From assembly GCA_000004985.1 (NCBI GenBank), contig GG738885.1: a stretch of 64,000 nt of DNA. The stretch is one strand, 5' to 3'. Source of the DNA: Naegleria gruberi (taxonomy: Eukaryota). The notes below the pieces were generated by a model. The model saw only the letters and a program-made list of their open reading frames with translations. It was not told the origin of the DNA and made no database searches. Position numbers and translations under genes: made by a program. Below, piece after piece: positions 54,868-64,000 of the stretch; positions within the stretch are counted from its first letter, which is position 1; the number at the start of each line of letters is the position of its first letter.

Positions 54868-56808
54868 TTACTTTTTAAAAAATTCATTAAATTCTAATGA
54901 AGTATAATCCAAGAATGGAGCATCCCAACCATTGAATGTTGGTTGAGCTACAGAAATATCAATATTAATCTTTCCATCATTCATAGGTCTAAACATTATA
55001 CTATGTTCAGTGTAACCACGGCAAGCCCTTTGCAATACTTGTCTCATTTGAGAATTGCAATCAATTTCAGCAAGATGGGACGATTTGGTTTGCTCAGTAA
55101 TTGGTAATTCAATAGAACGAGCCCACTCATCAATCAAATTTGAAGCTGCTTGATATCTCCACATTGATGAAAATCCATTACCTTGACCAAAGTTCTTCAT
55201 TGAATCACGATCTCCACTTTCAACACCATAAAGATGATTGTGATTTGATGCTCCAATTGAATTGTTTACAAAATAAGGGTAAGCTTGACCAGGTACCCTC
55301 ATCATTCCACTCTTCCAATCTCCTTCATAGACAAAAGATGGTGGATACTTATTCGAAACGTTATTAACACGTCTAGAAAATACCAAGATACATCCAGTCA
55401 TACATGATCCACCCATTGTTCCCTTTCTAGATTCAATTTGCTGTTGAATGAAGGGTGGTGTTGCCATGGCAGCTGATGTTTTTTGAATAATATCCTTAAC
55501 AATCCATGCTACTATTGTTCCTTGTGACCATATTGTTCCAGGTTGATTAACTCCGTAATTCATCATTGAATAGACTCCATCTTCATTGATGGCACTCAAT
55601 GTTCCAATGAAACCAGGCCACATTACTGATACATATCTCTTATCTTGAGGATTATCAGATTCTACTGTAGTAATCAATACTGAATGAACAGTAACTTTCT
55701 TCATATCGATTTCTCCATCCATATTTCTAACAGAAATAATATTCGATTGTTGTTCCTTTGGACAGTTGGCAGATGTAAATTTACCCCAAACAGAAAATTG
55801 AGTACAAGCAGCATTACTATCAGATGATTTCTTTCTGTTCATTTTGATTCCTCCCTTAAGAGTTGAAAGTTCTCCTACTATTTTTGGAACACCATGTCTA
55901 CCAATATATTCCAATTCAATATATCCATTAATTGCAATGATATCAATTGGCAGAAATTTTCTTCCTAGCTCAGGAATAGTCAAATCAACTTTGGAATCCA
56001 ACATTCCAGAATAAACTCCTTGAATACCAGACATAAATTCCTTATCATAGGTGAATGCAGCACTATTCAAAGCAGGAACGTGTACATTAAGATAACTAGA
56101 AGCTGATTGAATTGTTCCTTCCAAAATATAAAATCTGAAAAAGTCAATTACATGTTGAGCCATAAGATATCCATGAGCATAACCTCTCTGAGCTTCATTT
56201 CCAAACAAAGATAACACAGGAAGTCCTTTAATAAATCTGAAATATCCGTATTGATGATAACCTTCCTTTGGATATGGAGTCACTCCTTCCACAATAAAAT
56301 CCAAATCATTTAAACTATTTCTTTCACTTGTTAATTTAATAACTTTGAAATATTCGGCTGGTCCATCTCTATACCATCCATTGAAGCTTGTAGTTTTCAT
56401 TCCAGAAACAATCTGTCCAAGAATTATATAATTTTGATTCAATTCAACATTGAATTTGTATCCAATTTGTGTACTTTTTGGATAATTATCGGACAACATT
56501 TGTAATTTTGTGAAATTTGTAAATTTTGGAGTCAAAGTTGTCAATTCTACCAAATCAGGAATATATGGATACGAATTATTATCACTTTCTACAATTTGTA
56601 ATTCATAAATTGAAATTTTAAGTGTGATCATTGATTGATCATCAATTAAAGCATTATATTGATTCGGATTATTAATTTTTAATGTAATCAAGCCTCCAAT
56701 ATTATTTTGCGAAGTGGTGATGATTGTTGTATGGCCATATTCAAAAACTCCTCCCAACATGACCAACAAAACCATCAACAAATAAATTAATTTGATTTGA
56801 GCTGACAT
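54868..56808 (-). CDS. Secreted hydrolase-like protein (possible Ntn-hydrolase / peptidase C45-like)
   Basis: A signal peptide (MSAQIKLIYLLMVLLVMLGGVFEYGH) leads the 646-aa ORF. An internal AACTQFSVWG segment resembles the Gly/Ala-Cys autoprocessing site of Ntn hydrolases. The fold assignment is tentative. Confidence 0.45.
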   Translation of the reverse strand: MSAQIKLIYLLMVLLVMLGGVFEYGHTTIITTSQNNIGGLITLKINNPNQYNALIDDQSMITLKISIYELQIVESDNNSYPYIPDLVELTTLTPKFTNFTKLQMLSDNYPKSTQIGYKFNVELNQNYIILGQIVSGMKTTSFNGWYRDGPAEYFKVIKLTSERNSLNDLDFIVEGVTPYPKEGYHQYGYFRFIKGLPVLSLFGNEAQRGYAHGYLMAQHVIDFFRFYILEGTIQSASSYLNVHVPALNSAAFTYDKEFMSGIQGVYSGMLDSKVDLTIPELGRKFLPIDIIAINGYIELEYIGRHGVPKIVGELSTLKGGIKMNRKKSSDSNAACTQFSVWGKFTSANCPKEQQSNIISVRNMDGEIDMKKVTVHSVLITTVESDNPQDKRYVSVMWPGFIGTLSAINEDGVYSMMNYGVNQPGTIWSQGTIVAWIVKDIIQKTSAAMATPPFIQQQIESRKGTMGGSCMTGCILVFSRRVNNVSNKYPPSFVYEGDWKSGMMRVPGQAYPYFVNNSIGASNHNHLYGVESGDRDSMKNFGQGNGFSSMWRYQAASNLIDEWARSIELPITEQTKSSHLAEIDCNSQMRQVLQRACRGYTEHSIMFRPMNDGKINIDISVAQPTFNGWDAPFLDYTSLEFNEFFKK

Positions 56809-56981
56809 TTTTTAAAAGTAAAATTTATGTAATTTAAAATTATTTGATTATTTACAACAGAACAATTTTGGGATAGAATTAGAGAAGAAACAAATAAGAA
56901 TTTGCCAAATATTAGTTTAATACTCAATGTTTTGAATGAAAGTTAAGCTCTTTCAAGTTTCCTCTTATTTCTAGAAAAAAA

Positions 56982-59900
56982 ATGACATCATTAGATTGGC
57001 TGCAAGTGAGCGGAATTCGTTCCTTCGATCACACAAGTGGAGCACAAACGATCAAATTCTTCAAGCCTTTGACAATTATTTTGGGAGCCAATGGTGCGGG
57101 AAAGGTTTGTACTAGTAAAATTATATAAATATTAATATTAATATGCGATCAAATATTAAATTATGATAGACGACAATTATTGAATGTTTGAAATGTGCAA
57201 CAACAGGTGAATTGCCACCAAATTGTGATCGTGGTAAATCATTTATACACGATCCCAAAGTTTCGGGTGATTCGGAAGTAAAAGGTCAAATTAGGCTTCA
57301 ATTCAAGTCTGGCAACAAGAAACGATACATCACAGTAAGAAGTTTTCAAGTTTCACAGAAAAAGAAAACAACTCAGTTTAAACAATTGGAGGCTGTACTA
57401 CAGACTAAAGGAGAAGATGGAGAAGTGAAGAGTAATAGTTACAAATGTACAGATATGGATAAATTGATTCCGGAATGTATGGGTGTTAGCAAAGCTATTT
57501 TGGAAAATGTTATATTTTGCCATCAGGAAGAAGTAAATTGGCCACTCAGTGACAGTTTATCTTTAAAGAAAAAGTTGGATGATATTTTCTCTAGTACCAG
57601 ATATTCTAAAGCTTTGGAGGCTATTAAAAAAACAAAGAAAGAGATAGGACAACAACTTTCGGATTATGAAAAGGAATTGGCTGTAGCTGAAACAGAAAAA
57701 TCTCAATCTGTCAAGCTGAAAAAAGAAGCTGAATCAGAAATTGTTAAACTACAAAAATTGAAGGAAAGTATGGAAAAATATGAAACAGAAATGCAAGAAA
57801 TTGGTGATAAGGTATCAAAATATGAAGGCGTTATCGAAAAAATCAATAGCTTGAAACAAAAATTCACTGAGAAGGATACTCAAAAGAAAATGCTTCAAAA
57901 GCAAGTAGCTGAGCTCTATGCCGGTTTGGAACAAGAATTCACTGAGACTGACCAGGAGGTGGAAGATTTTGAGAAAAATTTCAAGAAACAACTCGAGAAC
58001 TTGAACCAGAGCAAGATAACCACCGAAAGCTCACTGAAAACAAATGAAGTAACAAAGAATTCTGTGAACAAGGAATTGAATGGCCTGAATGAAGAATTGG
58101 GAAAGCTCAAGTCCTTTAAGGAAACTCATGAGAGTAAATTAATGGATATCAGTGCTGAAATATTCACTTTAGCTGAGAGATACAAGATTTCTGGATATGA
58201 CCAATTGCCACTTAATGAAAGTCAAATTGACGCATTTTCTAAAGTGATTTCAAAACTTTATGAAGATAACAAGAAAGCTTTTGATACCTTGAAAATGCAA
58301 CACAAGTCAGAAGTCGATCAACTTACTAAGGAAATGAACGTTGCCCACCAAAAGAAGGAAACCGTTCTCAAACAAGTTAAAGTTACAGAGCAACTCAAGA
58401 CGAAATATGAGAGAGAAGAAAAAGATTTGAAAGAAAAACTTAGTAAGATTAATACTAATGCAGCTATTGTTAAGAAGGCAGAAGAAGAATTCCAACAATT
58501 AAAAACAGCACTGAAAGAAAAGCAAGAAAAGAAAGAATCTGAAAGTTTCAAAAATCAAATAGAATCAAATAATAAGCAATCTAAAGAAATCACTCAAAAG
58601 ATTTCCTCCATCAATAAGGAACTCACATCCAGAGAAAAAGAGAAGGAAATTAGTTTCAAGATACAAAATCTGAAGGAAGAACTCACCAAACACAACTCTT
58701 CCCTAGAAGAAAAGCTTCTAGACCTTAAAGGACGTTACGAAACTGTTTTAGGTGTTCAAGAAAATGATGTAACAACAGCCAACATTGAACCAAAGATCAA
58801 AAACCTTATTAAGAAAAGCACGGAACAAGTTAATGCTAAAAACGTTTCTATTCAATCGACAGAGAAGAGCATTTCTGTAACCAAATCTAAACTTGAATCT
58901 ATTACAAACCAGGAAAAGAAGATTAAGAGAGACATTGAAACCAAAGAAAAGAATGTCGAATCAGTGCTTCCTTCTGGTAAGTCTTGGGAAGAGGCTATGA
59001 GTGAAGCTGAAGAAGCTGTTTCTGATTTAAGAAACGAGGTCAGTTTGACAGAGGCTCTCAAAATGTGTTATGAAAACTTTGTAAAGCACGCTCGTACAAA
59101 CCATCAATGTCCTGTTTGTGAAAGAGGCATGAACACAGAAGAATGCTCTACTTTTGAAAGTTTACAAATGACCAAGCTTGAACAAACTCCAAAGTTTCTC
59201 CAAAAGAAGAAAGCCAAGTTAGAAGTGGCTATCCAACAACAAGAAAAGATTAGAGAAATCAAACCAATTATTACAACTATCCAAAACTTGAAGAGTAAGG
59301 ATCTTCCAGATGCAGAAAAAGAACTTGCATCTCTGAATGAAGAAGTACAAAGACTCAACTCTATTGTTTCTAAATTCACACAAGAACTCGATACTCTCAA
59401 GCAAGAAGAAAAGAAAGCCAACGATCTTTTACCTAGTGTTGCTGATTTGAAAATCTTACAATCAGCTATTCGTTCAAGTCAACAACGTTTAACTGAGCAA
59501 GAAAATGAACTCAAAAAACTTGGACTTCCAGAGGATCTTGTACCATACGAAGACTTGAAGCGAAATCTTGAAGAATCCCAAACTTTGAGAGAGAAACTTG
59601 CCCAACAAAATCAAAACTTACAAGTTGAATTGGAGAAAGCCCAGAGTGAGTTAACAAAACTCAATAACGAGGTTCACCAAAAGCAAAATTTATTACAAAA
59701 ATTACAATTTGAATTGAAGGAAATGGAAAGATTAAATGAAAGTCTTGCACAAAAACAAAAAGATTTGCAACAAACAATCACTGATATTGAAAAACAACAA
59801 CAAGATATACCTACCCTTGAAAAGACGGAGCAAAATCTTAACACCTCACTAACAGAATTGAAAGAAAAGCATAGAAAGGAAGAATACATCATGGAAGGTA

Positions 59901-60997
59901 CAGTCACTGAGTATCAACAAGAGCTTTCAAAATTGAATGCCCTGACAATGGAAATTAGGAAGTACAGAGAAAGAAACGTTGAAGACAATCTCAGTACTGT
60001 TCAAATGAAAATTGCCAAACTAGAGGTAAGATTGGAAGAAAATAAGAAGGAATATGAAACCCTTTCCGAGAATCTCAAAAAGTACAACAGCATGCTTGAA
60101 AAGCAAAATGTTATCAAAAAGAATATTGAATCCAATCTCAAATACAGAGCAAAGAAGAAGGAAAATCAACAAGTATCAGATGAATGTGATAAACTCTCTG
60201 CTGAAATTGAAAAAATCACAGGTAGTGATGCATCCTTAGATAGTTACCAAGATATCAAATCCCTCAAAGAGAGACAAACAGAATTATCGAACAAGAGATC
60301 ACAAATATCAGGTGCCAGAAGTACCATAAAGAATAGAGTTAAATCTATTCAAGATGATCTTAACTCTGATCAATACAAGGATATCGATAACAAGCACAAA
60401 TCCTTATTGATCAAACTGGTAACTACCAAGCATGCTGTAGAAGATTTGGATAAATACTCAAAAGCTTTGGAAAAGGCATTGACAAAATACCATAGTATGA
60501 AAATGGCTGAAATTAATGAAATTATCAAAGAACTTTGGCAAAAGACTTACAGAGGTAACGATATTGATACCATTTGCATCAAATGTGATACTGAAACAGA
60601 AAATAGTAGAAAGACTTATAATTACCGAGTTGTAATGGTAAAAGGTGATGTGGAATTGCAAATGAGAGGACGTTCTTCTGCTGGTCAAAAAGTATTGGCC
60701 TGTTTGATTATTAGATTAGCTCTTGCTGAAGCATTCAGTATTGACTGTGGTATTTTGGCTCTTGACGAACCAACAACTAATCTGGATTTGGACAATATTA
60801 ACAGTTTGGCCGAATCTTTACGATTCCTGATTGAAGATAGAAGAAAATTGTCAAACTTCCAACTCATTGTCATTACTCACGACGAAGAGTTTGTGAAAAA
60901 GCTTGGAAGAGCAGAATTTGTGGAAAATTACTATAGAATTTCTAAGGATCCAAGAAATGGAGGTTCCATGATTGAACAACAAAAGATTGCTGAATAA
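56982..60997 (+). CDS. RAD50: DNA repair protein RAD50, two exons
   Basis: Exon 1 is 56982..57104 (MTSLDWLQVSGIRSFDHTSGAQTIKFFKPLTIILGANGAGK, the Walker A P-loop). A 65-nt GTTTGT...GATAG intron (57105..57169) follows. Exon 2 begins TTIIECLKCATTGELPP. The protein has a long coiled coil with a zinc hook (HQCPVCERG), and a C-terminal signature/D-loop region (SAGQKVLACLIIRLALAEAF, LALDEPTTNLD). Confidence 0.92.
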
Positions 60998-61341
60998 TTT
61001 GTAAATAGTTGTACTAGTACTTGTTAACTTATTGGAAAATAAAAATGATTCCTCAATACTATGTACAACAGTACCCTCACCAAGTTAGAAGATTCCACCA
61101 TCACATCATTAGATATTTATCTTCATTGATTTCATGTATCACACATTAATACAACAATAAGATTGATGGAAATCGGCGCGACTTTTTCAATTCAAAAATC
61201 TGGCGAATACAAAGTCCCTCCTCAGTTATAGAAATCCTTTTTAGTCTTTCAAACTTCTCAAACCTAAAAACAGCCCACAACAAGATCAAACAACAAGAAC
61301 ACATTGAAGCTGCTATAAATTCTTCTTCTTTTAAAAAACAA

Positions 61342-62217
61342 ATGATCAACGACTTTTACTCTTCAAATCAATTCAATAGAGGGGTGGCAACACAGATCAG
61401 CGTTGCTACTAATGCTAATAACAACAATTTTGGGTATTCTGGTTTCAGATCATCGGTTCCTTCCTCAATATTTAGTCACAATGTGAGTCAGGCATTAGAT
61501 AGTAAGACATGTCCTATTGGTCAATCTCAAATAGTACAAGAATTAACTCTGCTCCATTCACTACTCGTCCAATATTTGAAAAACAATACTTCACCAACAT
61601 CGTCAACATGTTCTTCCAATAATAGTGTATGTTTCACCACACCAACAAAATATTCAATTGGGAGTGATTCAATGAATTTTGCATGTGGTAATAGATTCAC
61701 ATCCAGTTCTTATTCATCTGAGTCATCCATTTCCAATCCACTCCTAATGAGCAGTAGTAGTGCTACTTCACCATATGGTGGATGTTCAAGTCCTGTCAGA
61801 TCATCCATTGCAACAACTTCATTCTCTTCACCGACACACATCCAACGAACATTTAGCAATTCGAATTTCCAATCATTTTCATCAACACCACTCAGTTCCA
61901 TGAGTGAATACGAGGAGAGAATTTCCAAACTAGAACAATTAGTCAAACAAATTCTCAGTTTAATTTATAGAGGCGATTATAAATCACCAGCAACAGATAA
62001 CAAGTCAAGCTCACAAGTTGTTAAACTTGATTCTACTAACTCAATCAAACAATTACTAACCAGTAAAATTAAGGAAACCTATCAATTAGATATGGAACCT
62101 CTCAAACAAATAGTTGCCTCAGTTGTTCATCATGAACCAAAACGATTAAATATGGGATATGATATCATCTTCCAAATGAAAACTGAGTTGACGTATTTAA
62201 GTCAATTGTGTAAATAA
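61342..62217 (+). CDS. Ser/Thr-rich hypothetical protein
   Basis: The 291-aa ORF starts on an ATG after an A-run. It is low-complexity S/T/N-rich with a short C-terminal helical region. No family was recognised. Confidence 0.4.
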   Translation: MINDFYSSNQFNRGVATQISVATNANNNNFGYSGFRSSVPSSIFSHNVSQALDSKTCPIGQSQIVQELTLLHSLLVQYLKNNTSPTSSTCSSNNSVCFTTPTKYSIGSDSMNFACGNRFTSSSYSSESSISNPLLMSSSSATSPYGGCSSPVRSSIATTSFSSPTHIQRTFSNSNFQSFSSTPLSSMSEYEERISKLEQLVKQILSLIYRGDYKSPATDNKSSSQVVKLDSTNSIKQLLTSKIKETYQLDMEPLKQIVASVVHHEPKRLNMGYDIIFQMKTELTYLSQLCK

Positions 62218-62222
62218 ACAAT

Positions 62223-63138
62223 TTAATTAAATAAGAATTTCAAAATGAATCCACAAATAATTATTCCAATAGCGATCAGAAAAACCTTCAATCCAAATGT
62301 AGAAGCATGTTTGGCACATCTATCCACAACTTTGAAAGTTTCCTCTTTCAAATATGTCTTATCTTTACAATTGTCAATTACAAAATTACTTCTTCTAGCT
62401 TTCTCTTCAACTGGAAGTTGAGATTTAATTCTTTGCAAAGCTTCCTCTTCACTATATCCATTTCTACTCATTAGCCATTGTAACTGTCTTTCATCTGATG
62501 TTTTAATACAAACTATTGTCGAAACAATATATTTAAAAACTTTGGTTTCGAATAAAAGAGGTAATTCCACAAAACACAAAGTTTCCTTTCCAATTCTTGT
62601 CATGGATTTGAAAAATTCTTTAAATATTCTAAACATTATTTCTTTAAATATCTCCATATGTGTGGCTGAATTAATCATTTTCCTAACCTTAACATCTTCC
62701 ACAAATCAACTCAACTCAATCCACAATTTACCTACCTTTAAAAACAGCAGCACTCAACTTGGCTCTATCAATTGTTTTCCCATCATGATTGAAAATATCA
62801 ACTCTCTCCCCTGTTTCACTATCCAAATAACTTTCAAAAAACAATTTTACAGTTTTGTAACATTTAGATTCGGGTGAGTAGATGGAGTGAGCAATTTCAT
62901 CACTATCAATAATGACAACATGATATTGATCGGAATAAATTTCACCATATTCCCTCAAATATTGTGTTATAGTTGTCTGTATATTCATCATGTAAATAAT
63001 TACAACAATTAATTGTTGATATTAATAGTAATTTACCTTTCCTAAATATTCCGAAATTAAATAAATTGTTGTTGATCAAATGATGCTTGTTTCTTACCTA
63101 CCACATGATATTCCTCCAGTAACACCAATTAATTTCAT
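62223..63138 (-). CDS. Dephospho-CoA kinase (CoaE/DPCK) with a C-terminal TM anchor; four exons including a candidate 5-nt micro-exon
   Basis: Exon 1 is 63138..63102 (MKLIGVTGGISC + G). A 60-nt GTAGGT...ATTTAG intron follows. The candidate micro-exon GAAAG (63041..63037) follows, then a second 60-nt GTAAAT...TATACAG intron. Exon 3 runs 62976..62736 (TTITQYLREYGEIY...AAVFK + G). A 40-nt GTAGGT...GGAAG intron precedes exon 4 (62695..62223). Only this path gives the in-frame P-loop GVTGGISCGKTT. The exon 3 and 4 sequences are collinear with CoaE. Confidence 0.75.
63037..63041 (-). other. Candidate 5-nt micro-exon (GAAAG) encoding part of Gly and the Lys of the DPCK P-loop
   Basis: The micro-exon is flanked by an AG acceptor (ATTTAG) and a GTAAAT donor, with 60-nt introns on both sides. 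Without it no canonical GT-AG path keeps the Walker A motif in frame. Confidence 0.5.
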
Positions 63139-63423
63139 TTTTTCAAATTATTAAAAACAGAACTATTTCTAAATTTTTTCTAAAGTCTTTGAAATTGAAT
63201 TCACAAATAGTAATCCATCCTGGGTGCTGATTAGAGTTTATTAGATTCATGCAAAAATCTAAGTGTCTTGTGTTAAATCTATCAGGTTTGAATGTGTTCA
63301 ATCTTCCTAGTATCTTAATTATCTTAATGCCAAATTATTCTCTCTCTTGACGTATCGGAAAGTGTTTGATTGTAATTGAATCGGTCAATCTTGTTTACAA
63401 TAAACAAATAAATAATAAAAAAA

Positions 63424-64000
63424 ATGGAAGAAGAACTGCCAGCCATTGTACTCGATATAGGATCAGCATTTACAAAAGCTGGATTTGCAGGTGATGATTA
63501 TCCACGTGGATCCGAACCAATGCCCACACTCGTTGGTCTTCCAAAGTCTAGTGTTGGAGTGCAGGAGACTGCTGGAGATGTGGCCTTCCTCAGACGTTAT
63601 CAATTTAGAATAGTTCATCCAGTGAAAAGAGGTTTAATTCAGGATTGGGATTGTTTGGAGAAATTATTATATTATTCATATTGGACATGGTTGAGATCAC
63701 ATCCGAAAACTTATGGTGTGTTGTGGAGTGAATCAAGTTTGAAATTGGATAGAAAAAAGATTACTCAATTGATGTTTGAAAAGTTTGAAGTACCTGCTTT
63801 TCATTTGGTCAATCAAGGAGTTTTGGCATTGATGGCAACTGGACGAACGAATGGAATAGTTTTGGAGGTAGGAGATGGATGTTCACAATCTATTCCAGTT
63901 GTGGAAGGGTATGCATTGAGACATGCAATAATGGAAGTGGATTTTGCTGGATACGATTTGACAAGGTATTGGATGGAGAGTGTTGGAGCTAGTTCTGAAT
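63424..64000 (+). CDS. Divergent actin-like / actin-related protein (5' portion; continues beyond the window)
   Basis: MEEELPAIVLDIGSAFTKAGFAGDDYPR.. ILEVGDGCSQSIPVVEGYAL matches the actin-fold phosphate-1, connect-1 and phosphate-2 regions. Identity to conventional actin is low. The ATG at 63424 follows an A-run. Confidence 0.75.
   Translation, partial: MEEELPAIVLDIGSAFTKAGFAGDDYPRGSEPMPTLVGLPKSSVGVQETAGDVAFLRRYQFRIVHPVKRGLIQDWDCLEKLLYYSYWTWLRSHPKTYGVLWSESSLKLDRKKITQLMFEKFEVPAFHLVNQGVLALMATGRTNGIVLEVGDGCSQSIPVVEGYALRHAIMEVDFAGYDLTRYWMESVGASSE

Noticed and set aside
1-64000. tRNA, rRNA, CRISPR, transposon or prokaryotic defence/operon structures
   Set aside because: No cloverleaf-like GC-rich segments, no TTCGAAT/TTCGAT T-loop boxes in suitable context, no direct-repeat/spacer arrays, no TIRs or LTR-like repeats were seen. 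The content is uniformly eukaryotic protein-coding.

Overview
This window is eukaryotic nuclear DNA from an AT-rich, gene-dense protist, with roughly one gene per 1.8 kb. I found no prokaryotic operons, CRISPR arrays or tRNA/rRNA genes. I support about 36 protein-coding genes on both strands. Most are single-exon or have one to three very small spliceosomal introns (40-67 nt), with donors GTAAGT, GTAGGT, GTATGT, GTAAAT or GTTTGT and acceptors ending in AG. One glycoside-hydrolase gene has seven such introns. The supplied ORF track uses non-ATG (TTG/GTG) starts printed as M, so many listed N-termini are not real. I re-derived starts and splice junctions from the sequence wherever homology gave a clear expectation.

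Identifiable genes include RAD50, FACT subunit SPT16, an IFT56/TTC26 intraflagellar-transport protein (which implies a flagellated organism), a CDK11/CDK10-like kinase, thymidylate kinase and ribosomal protein L14e. Also present are an RBM5/RBM10-like splicing factor (RRM, RanBP2 zinc finger, RRM, OCRE, G-patch), a TMEM97/sigma-2 receptor homolog, two head-to-head ABCA half-transporters, an animal-type heme peroxidase, and an NHL-repeat/EGF-repeat type I membrane protein. The remainder are a GH31 glycosidase, a copine-like protein, a MED17-like protein, an MgtE/SLC41-type Mg transporter, a dephospho-CoA kinase, a membrane-anchored metallophosphatase, a zinc-type quinone oxidoreductase, a DUF4116-like tandem-repeat protein and a partial actin-like gene.

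The main hunt results are these. First, an RPB10 (RNA polymerase subunit RPABC5) two-exon gene that the ORF track misses entirely. Second, a candidate 5-nt micro-exon that supplies the P-loop Gly-Lys of dephospho-CoA kinase. Third, a 2-nt frameshift inside the DUF4116-like repeat gene. Fourth, a recurrent GC-rich element resembling E2F sites (TTTCCCGCC or CGCGCCAAAA) about 25-80 bp upstream of several start codons. Fifth, a signal-peptide, membrane-anchored protein whose fold matches bacterial solute-binding proteins and could be a horizontal acquisition. The taxon is a guess: gene density, intron style, AT content and the presence of IFT genes fit a Naegleria-like amoeboflagellate, but I cannot confirm that without a database search.
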